Assembly (NCBI GenBank): GCA_036340075.1
Contig: JAYYZJ010000005.1
Coordinates: 101,980-165,979, forward strand
Reading direction: 5' to 3'
DNA from: Thermodesulfobacteriota bacterium
Lineage (GTDB): Bacteria; Desulfobacterota_D; UBA1144
DNA: 64,000 nucleotides
Shown here: piece after piece, positions 51,980 to 61,720 of the stretch
Layout of the letters: each line of letters begins with the position of its first letter
Position numbering within the stretch: the first letter of the stretch is position 1
The notes under the pieces: generated by a model
Databases searched by the model: none
The model's input: the letters and a program-made list of their open reading frames with translations, nothing else
Told to the model about the DNA's origin: nothing
Position numbers and translations under genes: made by a program

Positions 51980-53393
51980 CGTTAAATCTATTTCTTAGAA
52001 TCTCATTAATTATCTTTGGGTTACCCTTCCCTTTCGTCTCTTTCATAGCCTGACCAACAAAAAAAGATATCAGTTTTGTTTCTCCATCCATTATTCTTTT
52101 GTGCTCGTCTGGATTGTTCTTTAATATTTCATCAATAATATTGTTCAGAAATTCTTCAGAACTTTCTTGCTCCAAGCCAAAATCTTTAATTACATCTTTA
52201 ACATTTTTATTTGTTGTAACAATTTTAACCAAAATATCTTTAGCTGAATTGTTATTAATTTCTCCAGCAATAACAGCTTTCAAAAGGGATGCAAAATTTT
52301 CCTCTGATAAATTAAAGTCTTCTTTATTAATAAACCTTATAAGTTCGCTTGTTATCCAATTGCAAACGATCTTTGGTTCTTTAATATAATTAAGTGTAGA
52401 ATCAAAATATTCATAAATAACTTTGCTAGAAAGCAAAATCTCTGCATCTTCTTTGGATAACTTATAATCTTCTAGATATTTATTCATTTTTTCATCAAAT
52501 GATACATAACGAGAAGATTTTATACTTTCTATTCTTTCATCAGTTAAGACCAACGGTTGCAAATCTGGGTCTGGGAAATATCTATAATCATGCGCATCTT
52601 CTTTTGATCTCATTGCATATGTCTTATTTGAATCTGAATTAAACAATCTAGTCTCTTGGACTATATTTTTTCCATCTTTGATTTGTTTTATTTGTCTTTC
52701 GATCTCATAGTCTATAGCTTTCTGCACAAATCTAAATGAATTCACATTTTTAATTTCTGTCTTGGTTCCAAGTTTTTTAGTTCCAACTTTTCTAACTGAT
52801 ATATTTGCATCACACCTAAAGTTTCCTTCTTCCATATTGCAATCTGATACACCCGAAAAAATCAAGATATTTCTCAATCTTTTTAAATATTCTACCGCTT
52901 CTTCTGATGAAGACATATCTGGCTCTGTTACTATTTCAATTAGAGGAACACCTGCTCTATTCAAATCAACCATAGAATTTTCTTCTGATAAATCATGAAT
53001 TAACTTTCCTGCATCTTCCTCCATATGAATTCTATTAATTCTAATAATTTTTTTATTTTTTTTATTAAGTTTAATTTCTAGTTGTCCTTTGCTTGCTAGT
53101 GGTTCATCATATTGGCTTATTTGATATCCTTTTGGCAAATCAGGATAAAAATAATGCTTTCTTGCAAAAGTTGAAATTTTATTTATTTTGCAATTTGTTG
53201 ATAATCCAGCAATTATTGCTAAATCTACGGCTTTAGAATTTATAACAGGTAAAACTCCTGGCAAACCCAAATCAACTTCTGAAACATTAGAATTAGGATG
53301 AGACCCGAAATCAGTATTAGAACTTGAAAAGAGTTTTGATTTAGTTTTAAGTTGGGAATGAACCTCGAGTCCTATAACTGCTTCAAATTTCAT
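51969..53393 (-). CDS. gatB: Glu-tRNA(Gln) amidotransferase subunit B
   Basis: 474 aa. MKFEAVIGLEVHSQL N-terminus and a GatB/YqeY C-terminal domain. Confidence 0.9.
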   Translation of the reverse strand: MKFEAVIGLEVHSQLKTKSKLFSSSNTDFGSHPNSNVSEVDLGLPGVLPVINSKAVDLAIIAGLSTNCKINKISTFARKHYFYPDLPKGYQISQYDEPLASKGQLEIKLNKKNKKIIRINRIHMEEDAGKLIHDLSEENSMVDLNRAGVPLIEIVTEPDMSSSEEAVEYLKRLRNILIFSGVSDCNMEEGNFRCDANISVRKVGTKKLGTKTEIKNVNSFRFVQKAIDYEIERQIKQIKDGKNIVQETRLFNSDSNKTYAMRSKEDAHDYRYFPDPDLQPLVLTDERIESIKSSRYVSFDEKMNKYLEDYKLSKEDAEILLSSKVIYEYFDSTLNYIKEPKIVCNWITSELIRFINKEDFNLSEENFASLLKAVIAGEINNNSAKDILVKIVTTNKNVKDVIKDFGLEQESSEEFLNNIIDEILKNNPDEHKRIMDGETKLISFFVGQAMKETKGKGNPKIINEILRNRFNVKE

Positions 53394-53435
53394 AATTAAA
53401 CTTCCTCTATATATAATAACTTAAATAGGGCTAAG

Positions 53436-54104
53436 CTATTTTATAATCTTACCTGTTTTGTGATACCATAAAACGAAATCTAACTCACCCATAGTCAAAT
53501 CCACTTTTTTACTAAATTCTTTAAGAGTATCTTCATATTCCAAATACTTATTTCTACTAATAGGAATTTTTGCTGATTCAGATATTAGATTAAAATCTTT
53601 CATAATTTTAACAAGGTGTTTATCTAAAATTGCATAATCATTAAATCCAATATTTCTTAAAAAATGACTTGCTACTTTCATCCCTACTCCGATTATTTCA
53701 GGCTTTTCTACAAAGAAATTTCTTCTTTCATCAGCAGAATCTGTATTAATGATATCTCTTAAATTAAAGTAATACGCATCCTGAAGAAATTGTCTTGTTT
53801 GGTAAATATAGGTACCACGCAAATTATAGAATCTATAACAAGTTCTTAATTTTTCAATAATTTCTTCTTTGCTTGCTAAAATTACGAACCTGTCTTTTTT
53901 TAAAATTTTATGTACTTTAAAGGCTAGTTCGGCACTAGTTCCTGCTGCGAGAATACAATAGACTAATTCAAAGAATATCTCTTCATTTGTTCCTTCCTTC
54001 CCTATTCTATTAAAAGAATTAACTCTTTTATCAATTCTATCTTTATTATTTAAATATATTTTTTTGGATATATCGACAAGATCTTTGGTATTCATTTTAG
54101 TCAT
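53436..54104 (-). CDS. ogg: N-glycosylase/DNA lyase, Ogg2-type 8-oxoguanine DNA glycosylase
   Basis: 222 aa. HhH-GPD element IGVGMKVASHFLRNIGFNDYAILDKHL has the catalytic Lys and Asp spaced as in Ogg2/AGOG-like enzymes. Confidence 0.6.
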   Translation of the reverse strand: MTKMNTKDLVDISKKIYLNNKDRIDKRVNSFNRIGKEGTNEEIFFELVYCILAAGTSAELAFKVHKILKKDRFVILASKEEIIEKLRTCYRFYNLRGTYIYQTRQFLQDAYYFNLRDIINTDSADERRNFFVEKPEIIGVGMKVASHFLRNIGFNDYAILDKHLVKIMKDFNLISESAKIPISRNKYLEYEDTLKEFSKKVDLTMGELDFVLWYHKTGKIIK

Positions 54105-54146
54105 TATGGTTGTCTTCTTAAATTATTTTCTCTTAATCAAACTTTT

Positions 54147-55325
54147 TTAGGTAAATATTTTTTTTATGGATCTCGTTGCTTGTAATATTCTATGTTCGTT
54201 TTCAATAAGAGCAAATCTTACATACTGATCTCCTTTGTCTCCAAAACCGATACCAGGAGAAACAGCAACTTTACAGTCGTGAATTAATTTTTTTGAAAAT
54301 TCAAGTGATCCAAGATGTGCAAATTTTTTAGGAATCTTTGCCCAAACAAACATTGTGGCTTTCGGTGATGGAACTTCCCATCCTGCATTTGCTAGACCTG
54401 AGATTAATTTATCTCTTCTTGTTTTATATATATTTCTGGTGTTAACAACACAATCTTGGGTTTCATTTAATGCGGATATTGCAGCAATTTGGATAGGTTG
54501 GAAAATTCCATAATCTAGATAACTTTTAACTCTTCTTAATGCAGAGATGATTTCCTTGTTCCCACACATAAACCCGACTCTCCAGCCGGCCATATTATAG
54601 CTTTTGGAAAGGGAAAAGGATTCTACACCTAATTCTTTTCCTAATGGAGTCTGAAGAAAACTTGGTGCTTTGTAACCATCAAAACATAAATCTGCGTAGG
54701 CGAAATCGTGTATTACGATTACTGAATGTTCTTTTGCAAGATTTGCGACTTTGAAAAAAAAGTCAAGATCAACTGTTTGAGTAGTAGGATTACTTGGGAA
54801 AGAAATAATTAAAGCTTTCGGCTTAGGTTCTGTTTCCAAACCTTTTTTTATGTTATCTAAGAGCAAATTATCATCAGTAGAATCAAAACCTCTAACTTCA
54901 CCTCTTGCTATTAGAACTGAGTATCCATGTATTGGATAACAAGGGTCTGGAACCAAGACAACATCCCCTGGTGATAGCATTGATAACATTAAATGAGACA
55001 CTCCCTCTTTAGATCCAATCGTAACAATTACTTCGCTATCTGGGTCCAAGTTCACGTCATAATTTTTTTTATACCAATCAGAAATAGCTAATCTAAGTTT
55101 CGGTAAACCTGCTGATACAGAATATCTATGATTTTTTCCTTGTATTGATGATTCTAATAGTTTTTCTACTATATGTTTCGGTGTTGGCTGATCTGGATTA
55201 CCCATACCAAAATCAATTATATCTTCACCATTTCTTCTTGCTTTATATTTGATTTCATTCACCACAGAGAATACATATGGGGGAAGGTGTTTTAAAAGTG
55301 TAAAATTATCGCTGTTAATAGACAT
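54147..55325 (-). CDS. class I PLP-dependent aminotransferase (aspartate/alanine aminotransferase family)
   Basis: 392 aa. PLP-lysine motif [15 protein letters not shown]. Confidence 0.8.
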   Translation of the reverse strand: MSINSDNFTLLKHLPPYVFSVVNEIKYKARRNGEDIIDFGMGNPDQPTPKHIVEKLLESSIQGKNHRYSVSAGLPKLRLAISDWYKKNYDVNLDPDSEVIVTIGSKEGVSHLMLSMLSPGDVVLVPDPCYPIHGYSVLIARGEVRGFDSTDDNLLLDNIKKGLETEPKPKALIISFPSNPTTQTVDLDFFFKVANLAKEHSVIVIHDFAYADLCFDGYKAPSFLQTPLGKELGVESFSLSKSYNMAGWRVGFMCGNKEIISALRRVKSYLDYGIFQPIQIAAISALNETQDCVVNTRNIYKTRRDKLISGLANAGWEVPSPKATMFVWAKIPKKFAHLGSLEFSKKLIHDCKVAVSPGIGFGDKGDQYVRFALIENEHRILQATRSIKKIFT

Positions 55326-55380
55326 ATTTTTTAAATATAATAAAGCTATATCATAAATTGTAAATGAGAAAGAGGTAAAG

Positions 55381-56154
55381 TTGAGAAAGACAATTCTAGA
55401 CCTTCAATTGATGAAAGAGAAGAAAAATCAGATTGTGGCCCTTACTGCCTATGATTTTCAAACTGCATCTATTTTAGATAGTCTGTGTGATTTAATTCTA
55501 GTTGGTGATTCACTTGGAAATGTCTTTCAAGGGAACGAAACAACTCTAAATGTAACACTAGATGAAATAATCTATCATGGAAGAATTGTATCAAGAGCAG
55601 TTAGTTCTGCTCATTTATGTATCGATATGCCATTTATGACATATCAAGCATCTACTTCCGATGCATTAATTAATATAGGAAGAGTAATCAAAGAAACTGG
55701 GGCTCAATCAGTGAAGATGGAAATTAGCTTTGATACATTAGAGACTATTGAAAAAGTTTCTAATTCTGGCGTTCCTGTTGTTGCACATATTGGTCTCTGT
55801 CCACAATCCTTTAATGTCTATGGAGGATACAAAAAACAAGGAAAAACCAAGGAAGAAAAAGACTATATCCTGGCTTTAGCACAAGAAGCGGAAAATTATG
55901 GGTCATCTATAATAGTTGTTGAAGGAGTACCTGACAATTTAACTGAAAAGATTAATAGATTAGTAAACATTCCAATAATTGGAATTGGGGCTGGTAAAAA
56001 GTGTGATGGACAAATACTTGTTACTGAAGATATGTTAGGGATTACGCCCTCTCCTCACCCTTCTTTTGTTAAGAATTATTCAAATATACGACAAACGATT
56101 AAGAAAGCGGTAAATAGTTATAAAAAAGATGTCAAAGAAAAAAAATTCCCTTAA
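55381..56154 (+). CDS. panB: 3-methyl-2-oxobutanoate hydroxymethyltransferase
   Basis: [22 protein letters not shown], and [13 protein letters not shown]. Confidence 0.85.
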   Translation: MRKTILDLQLMKEKKNQIVALTAYDFQTASILDSLCDLILVGDSLGNVFQGNETTLNVTLDEIIYHGRIVSRAVSSAHLCIDMPFMTYQASTSDALINIGRVIKETGAQSVKMEISFDTLETIEKVSNSGVPVVAHIGLCPQSFNVYGGYKKQGKTKEEKDYILALAQEAENYGSSIIVVEGVPDNLTEKINRLVNIPIIGIGAGKKCDGQILVTEDMLGITPSPHPSFVKNYSNIRQTIKKAVNSYKKDVKEKKFP

Positions 56155-56989
56155 AATTATAAAGTCTGCTAGAGAAATGCAGAAAGTTGCATTATCAATT
56201 AAAGGAAAGAGAGAAATTGCTTTTGTTCCTACAATGGGAGCACTACATAATGGACATTTGTCCCTAGTAAAAAAAGCTAAGACTATAGCAGATATAGTTG
56301 TAGTTAGCATATTTATAAATCCTATACAATTCTCTGAGAAAAATGATTTAAAGAACTATCCTAAAAACTTACAAAAAGACTTAATTGAACTGAAGGAAAT
56401 AGGAGTTGATTATGTTTTTATACCAAAAGCAGAAGAAATCTTTGGATTAGATTTCCAAACAAAAGTTATTGTTGAAGATCTTCAGCAACACCTTTGTGGA
56501 CTAAAAAGAAAAAATCATTTCGATGGTGTAACAACTATCGTTTTAAAACTGTTTAATATAGTAAAACCCCATAAAGCTTTATTTGGCAAGAAGGATATGC
56601 AGCAACTACTAATAATAAAAAAAATGGTAGAGGATATGAATATCGATATCAAGATTATTCCTCATAGAATTATTAGAGAAAAAAATGGCTTGGCTATGAG
56701 CTCAAGGAATACTCTTCTAAATAAAAAAGAAAAAGAATTATCTGCTAATATTTACAAGGGTCTTAAGATTGGAAAAAGTATGTACAACAAAAAAAGTAAC
56801 ACTAAATCTATTAATATAAAAAGGTCTATTCGTTCTTTTTATAAAGAAGTTGGAATTAGAAATATAGAATATGTAGAGATAATGAATCCTAAAAAAATGA
56901 CTTATCCAAAGGAACCATCTAAGAAAGACTTTATTGCTGTTGCAGTAAGGATAGGAAAAACAAGATTGATAGACAATCTAGAATTTTAA
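56129..56989 (+). CDS. panC: pantoate--beta-alanine ligase
   Basis: PTMGALHNGHLSLV (HIGH-like) and FGKKDMQQ. Confidence 0.85.
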   Translation: MSKKKNSLKIIKSAREMQKVALSIKGKREIAFVPTMGALHNGHLSLVKKAKTIADIVVVSIFINPIQFSEKNDLKNYPKNLQKDLIELKEIGVDYVFIPKAEEIFGLDFQTKVIVEDLQQHLCGLKRKNHFDGVTTIVLKLFNIVKPHKALFGKKDMQQLLIIKKMVEDMNIDIKIIPHRIIREKNGLAMSSRNTLLNKKEKELSANIYKGLKIGKSMYNKKSNTKSINIKRSIRSFYKEVGIRNIEYVEIMNPKKMTYPKEPSKKDFIAVAVRIGKTRLIDNLEF

Positions 56990-57004
56990 TTTAAAATTAA
57001 ATAG

Positions 57005-57394
57005 ATGATTTTAAATGTACTTAAATCAAAAATACATCGTGCTACTGTCACTGAAGCAAATCTCTATTACGAAGGTAGTATAACTATAGATAGAAAACTA
57101 ATGGATTCAGCAAATCTTGTACCTTATGAACAAGTACATGTTTTTAATCTAACAAATGGTGAAAGATTTTTAACATATGTTATTGAAGGAGAAGCAAATT
57201 CCGGTGTAATTTGTACAAATGGTGCAGCGGCTCATTCAGCACAAAAAGGTGACTGTTTGATTATTGTTTCTTTTGTAAATCTATCTGATCAAGAAGTTAA
57301 AAAACATAAGCCCAAATTGGTTTATGTAAATGAGAAGAATCAAGAAGTTGATGTAGAATTGATAGATGGCAAGCTTGTTAAACTCTTAGGATAA
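57005..57394 (+). CDS. panD: aspartate 1-decarboxylase (pyruvoyl-dependent)
   Basis: [23 protein letters not shown], with the Gly-Ser self-cleavage site conserved. Confidence 0.9.
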   Translation: MILNVLKSKIHRATVTEANLYYEGSITIDRKLMDSANLVPYEQVHVFNLTNGERFLTYVIEGEANSGVICTNGAAAHSAQKGDCLIIVSFVNLSDQEVKKHKPKLVYVNEKNQEVDVELIDGKLVKLLG

Positions 57395-57448
57395 TTTAAT
57401 ACATTTACTTAAAAAAAATAATTTTATTAAGTCTTATGTTCTTAATTA

Positions 57449-57477
57449 AGAAAAAAGAAGTCTTTTTCTTTTTTTTT
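57449..57477 (+). terminator. possible weak rho-independent terminator after panD
   Basis: 7-bp stem AGAAAAA/TTTTTCT, loop AGAAGTC, followed by T8. A low-stability AT-only stem. Confidence 0.35.
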
Positions 57478-57479
57478 AA

Positions 57480-57509
57480 TTGACTTAATTTTTTTTAAAA
57501 GTTATAAAT
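57480..57509 (+). promoter_or_regulatory. candidate sigma-70 promoter (TTGACT-17 nt-TATAAAT) for the nucleotidyltransferase/CDP-alcohol transferase pair
   Basis: -35 at 57480-57485 and -10 at 57503-57509. GGAGAG RBS before the ATG at 57538. Confidence 0.4.
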
Positions 57510-57537
57510 AACAACAGCAACGTATTGGAGAGTTTGA

Positions 57538-58293
57538 ATGAAAGCTATCATATTAGCTGCAGGAAAAGGAAAAAGACTTCAACCTTACACAAAGAATATA
57601 CCAAAATGTCTTTTACAATTAGGAGCAGAAACAATTCTTGAACATCAAATAAATCATCTGAAATCCTCTGAGATTCAGGAAATTAATGTTGTTGTAGGAT
57701 TTGGAAGTGAGAAAGTAGAAGAATTTCTTAGTAATTATGATTCATTGGGGATTAAAATTAACACTATATATAATCCATATTGGGAATCAACAAATAGTCT
57801 TTTTTCTCTTTGGGCAGCAAGAGCTGAATTAGATTCTGATGTAGTAGTTCTAAATGGTGACGATGTATTTGAGCTAAATGTTCTCAAATTGGCAATATCT
57901 AGTAAGCATGAGATAACGCTTCCTTATAAAGTAAAAGAAAAATATTCCGATGAGGATATGAAAATAAGGATTCAAGATGGTCTTCTTACACAAATTAGTA
58001 AGGAGATTAACAAACCCAATGGAGAATCTGTAGGGATAAGAGTATTTAGACAAGAAGGTGTTGGTGTACTTAAAAGATCTCTTGAGAAAGAAATAAGAAC
58101 CACGGATTTTAACAAAAAATGGTATGCATCTGCTATTGAAAGAATCTTACAAAGAGGTCATAAAATCAGCGTAATAGATATTGCTGATATGTACTGGCAT
58201 GATGTTGACTATCCTCATGATTTAGAAAATGCTAAAGAGAATATTCTTCTAATTAGCAACAAAAAGTCTAATACGAAGCTTAGTATAGTTTAG
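57538..58293 (+). CDS. sugar/alcohol-phosphate nucleotidyltransferase (NTP_transferase family, LicC/cytidylyltransferase-like)
   Basis: MKAIILAAGKGKRLQPYT G-rich loop; length 251 aa. Confidence 0.75.
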   Translation: MKAIILAAGKGKRLQPYTKNIPKCLLQLGAETILEHQINHLKSSEIQEINVVVGFGSEKVEEFLSNYDSLGIKINTIYNPYWESTNSLFSLWAARAELDSDVVVLNGDDVFELNVLKLAISSKHEITLPYKVKEKYSDEDMKIRIQDGLLTQISKEINKPNGESVGIRVFRQEGVGVLKRSLEKEIRTTDFNKKWYASAIERILQRGHKISVIDIADMYWHDVDYPHDLENAKENILLISNKKSNTKLSIV

Positions 58294-58303
58294 TTTCTAT
58301 AAA

Positions 58304-59542
58304 ATGATTACAATTATCCTCTGTAAAGGAAAAGGTGTAGACTCAGAAGAGCTAAATCTCTTTAATAAAGAGAAAGTAGCTGATATTCATCTATTCGAAA
58401 GATTTTTAATAGGCTTATCAAATCAGGGATTCAATGAGAGTGTTATAATTTCGGATGAAGATTGTCTTCTTAATGAATTACATTACCGCTATCCATCTTC
58501 TAGAGTTCAAAGAAAGAGCAAGATAGATGATTTATTAATCAATAGAGATATACTCATTGTTCAAAACAATGTTGTTGCTAATAAAAAACAAATCTCAAAT
58601 TTGTTAGAAGTAGTTAATGATTACAACCAATCCTTTATTGGGAAAAACGATAAAGAAGAAAAATGCGGTATAGTTTTTCTTAAGTCATCCGATATAAAAT
58701 CTAATAATTTAGAAATTAATAACATATCAAGTCTTAACGGAAAAGTAAAAGAAATAATACTTGATGATCCACCAAAAAAGATTTCAGTGGAAGAGATTAA
58801 TAGCAATGCTGCTAGAGATTTTCTCTTTAATCATATTAGTAAAAATGTTAGTGGTTGGGTATCAAAAAATATAAATAGTAAAATTTCTATACCCATAAGT
58901 AAGATATTAGTAAAAATGAATTTTCATCCTAATTGGATAACATTTTTCGTAGGCTGTATAGGAATATCCTGTGGATTTTTCTATGCGTCTAATTCTCCAA
59001 TAGTGGCTGCTATCATATTACAGATATCTACCATTTTAGACAGATGCGATGGAGAAGTAGCAAGGATTCGCCTTAAGGAATCAAAATTTGGTCAATGGTT
59101 TGATACTGCTTTAGATCAAATTTCATATTTTTCTATGTTTGTAGGTATAAGTATTTGTTTGAATAATCCTAAATTTTTTACAATTAATCCAGAAATTAAC
59201 ATACTAAGACAAATATCAATTTTAAATGTTTTACTTTATATAATATTTTTAACTATAATTTTATTTTTTATGCTTCGCAGGACTAAAAATGGCAGTTTAG
59301 CTTATTATCCATTAGAAATAGATAGAATTGTGCCTTTAGAAAATAGATCTTTGTTTTATAAGATAATGACCAAATTCCGTTTTCTAGCAAAAAGAGAATT
59401 TTTTTCTCCTGCTATGATAATTGTTAGCTTGATAGGATATGAATTTGCAACTTTAATGGCTTTTGTAATTTTATTCTTTGGAATTATTCATTTAGCTGCA
59501 GATTTCCTAGAAGCAAGAAAAAGAATAGATATTACCTATTAA
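58304..59542 (+). CDS. fusion: degenerate nucleotidyltransferase-like N-domain + CDP-alcohol phosphatidyltransferase membrane domain
   Basis: The N-terminus MITIILCKGKGVD resembles the NTase loop but lacks the conserved R/K pattern. The C-terminal membrane domain carries DRCDGEVARIRLKESKFGQWFDTALDQ, matching D-G-x2-A-R-x8-G-x3-D-x3-D. Confidence 0.7.
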   Translation: MITIILCKGKGVDSEELNLFNKEKVADIHLFERFLIGLSNQGFNESVIISDEDCLLNELHYRYPSSRVQRKSKIDDLLINRDILIVQNNVVANKKQISNLLEVVNDYNQSFIGKNDKEEKCGIVFLKSSDIKSNNLEINNISSLNGKVKEIILDDPPKKISVEEINSNAARDFLFNHISKNVSGWVSKNINSKISIPISKILVKMNFHPNWITFFVGCIGISCGFFYASNSPIVAAIILQISTILDRCDGEVARIRLKESKFGQWFDTALDQISYFSMFVGISICLNNPKFFTINPEINILRQISILNVLLYIIFLTIILFFMLRRTKNGSLAYYPLEIDRIVPLENRSLFYKIMTKFRFLAKREFFSPAMIIVSLIGYEFATLMAFVILFFGIIHLAADFLEARKRIDITY

Positions 59543-59617
59543 GTCTTATTATACAAAAAACAACTAGACCAATAATAATTGACCAAGATGTAATTAAGAA
59601 AAATAATGCATCATCGC

Positions 59618-61171
59618 TCATTTTTTAAACACCTTTTTGAATACCAAAGCAAATATGGCAAGAAAAATTGAAGCTAAAAGTATTCTAGCGAATTTGGACC
59701 AAAACGATACTTTAAAAATCATTGAATTTGTACTGGTAATATCTTGTATTAACCAAGAAAATATTAGAATTATTAGAAACAGAGGTAGAAAGTATTTAAA
59801 TACTTGATTATAAATTTTTGGAATCTTAATTAAGCTAGCTCTATTGATTTCTTCAACATGATTTTTTGGAGATATATAAATAATATAGATTGCTATCTCG
59901 ACCAAGGCTAACACTACTAATAAAACAGTTCCAGCCCAAAAATCAAATTCTTCAAGGATTTCTGGAACAAATATAACGAAATTAGCAAATAAGAATATCG
60001 TTAAAATTACTATAAGGCTTGATTTTTGTTGAGAAAAATCAAATTCTTCTTTAACAAAAGTTATAACAGGTTGCAAAATTCCTATAGAAGAAGTAAGTCC
60101 AGCAATAAACAACAAAAAGAACCATACAAAACCTATAGTTGCCCCAAACGGTAACCCATCAAAAATTGCTGGCATGGCAATAAATCCTATAGTAAAGGCG
60201 CCTGATTGTGCTACTAGGACAGCTCCTGCTATACCTAAAAATGCCACAGCTGCAGGAATAACTATAGACCCTCCAAAAACAACTTCAATTAGTTCATTTA
60301 ATGATGATGATGAGAGTCCACTTAAAGCTATATCTTCATCTTTTCTTATAAATGATGCATAGGTAACTATTGCTCCAAATCCTAAACTTAAAGTAAAGAA
60401 AACTTGTCCTGCAGCAGCTATCCATACTTTTGGATTAGACAAAGAAGTAAAATCTGGAGACCATAGAAAGTCAAAACCTTTTACCGCAGAAGAAACAGAA
60501 GTTTCGATAGTTAGCACGTAAATCACCATAAATATACTCATAAGAAATAATGCTGGCATTGCAAACTTTACAAACTTTTCTATGCCTTTAGATATACCTT
60601 TATGTAAAATTGAATAATTAATTATCAAAGTAAGCAAAAAACAGCTATAAGCAAAGAAAGAAGGGATTAAGAAAGTATCTTTATTGCCAGAATTACCTGT
60701 GTATTCAGTGAAAACATTTTTAAAAAAACTCATCTTTTCTTCAGTAAGAAATACATCAGATTGCAATTGTCCAAACAATGATTTCATTGAATACCCTAGA
60801 GTCCAAGATTCTATATAAATATAATAAATCGAAATAATCAAAGGGATCCATATTCCCAATATCGAACCTATTTGAATAATCTTTCCTGAATTTAATTTGG
60901 ATGAAATTCCAAAAGTTGTCCCTTTACCAATCGAACCACCATGTCTCCCTATCCCCCATTCAATCCACATCAATGGAATACCTATACAAATAAAACAAAT
61001 TATATAAGGGAGAAGAAAAGCGCCTCCACCATTTTCAGCTGCTTGTACTGGGAATCGTAAGAAATTTCCCAACCCTATAGCATTCCCAGCCATTGCTAGA
61101 ATCAGACCATATTTTGTAACCCAAAAATCTCTACTATTCTCTTGTTCTGGCACACTATAAATTAACACCAT
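59618..61171 (-). CDS. sodium-dependent transporter, SNF (neurotransmitter:sodium symporter) family
   Basis: 517 aa, 12 TM. NSS signature GNAIGLGNFLRFP. Confidence 0.85.
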   Translation of the reverse strand: MVLIYSVPEQENSRDFWVTKYGLILAMAGNAIGLGNFLRFPVQAAENGGGAFLLPYIICFICIGIPLMWIEWGIGRHGGSIGKGTTFGISSKLNSGKIIQIGSILGIWIPLIISIYYIYIESWTLGYSMKSLFGQLQSDVFLTEEKMSFFKNVFTEYTGNSGNKDTFLIPSFFAYSCFLLTLIINYSILHKGISKGIEKFVKFAMPALFLMSIFMVIYVLTIETSVSSAVKGFDFLWSPDFTSLSNPKVWIAAAGQVFFTLSLGFGAIVTYASFIRKDEDIALSGLSSSSLNELIEVVFGGSIVIPAAVAFLGIAGAVLVAQSGAFTIGFIAMPAIFDGLPFGATIGFVWFFLLFIAGLTSSIGILQPVITFVKEEFDFSQQKSSLIVILTIFLFANFVIFVPEILEEFDFWAGTVLLVVLALVEIAIYIIYISPKNHVEEINRASLIKIPKIYNQVFKYFLPLFLIILIFSWLIQDITSTNSMIFKVSFWSKFARILLASIFLAIFALVFKKVFKK

Positions 61172-61228
61172 ATTAATAGTCTTGACAAATTTTTTTATAG
61201 GCTTATCTTATAGTCTTTCGGAGTTATC

Positions 61229-61720
61229 ATGGCCAAGACTACAACAAAACAGAAAACAAAAAATACATCTAAAGTAAGTACTAAAACTAAGATAAAAAAA
61301 ACAAGTCCAAAGAAAAAACTTGATTCTTTACAGAAATTTAGTGCTACATGCTCAAAAAAGAAACTTACCGCTAAATTCAAAAGAGAAATAAAGTCGACTT
61401 TAACAACTATGAAAGAAGAAATTCTTAAAGATATTGCTAAAGTGATGAAGTCTGAATCTAATCATCTTAAATATGAAGTTGGTGATTTTTATGATAGTGC
61501 ATCCAATGATAGAGAAAGAGACTTGTCTTTGTCTTTAAATCAAAGAGATAGACAAAAATTAGCTATGATTGAAGATGCTTTAAATAGAATAGAAAGTGGA
61601 ACTTATGGTAAATGTCCATATGGAAATGAAGTAATTGACGAAGAAAGGCTTAGAGCTATGCCCTTCACTAGATATTGTGTCTCTTGCATGGAAGACGAAG
61701 CTACAGATAGCGATTTTTAA
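61229..61720 (+). CDS. DksA/TraR-family C4 zinc-finger protein with lysine-rich N-terminal tail
   Basis: C-terminal CPYGNEV-x17-CVSC four-Cys finger and coiled-coil region. The first about 55 aa are K/T/S-rich. Confidence 0.65.
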   Translation: MAKTTTKQKTKNTSKVSTKTKIKKTSPKKKLDSLQKFSATCSKKKLTAKFKREIKSTLTTMKEEILKDIAKVMKSESNHLKYEVGDFYDSASNDRERDLSLSLNQRDRQKLAMIEDALNRIESGTYGKCPYGNEVIDEERLRAMPFTRYCVSCMEDEATDSDF

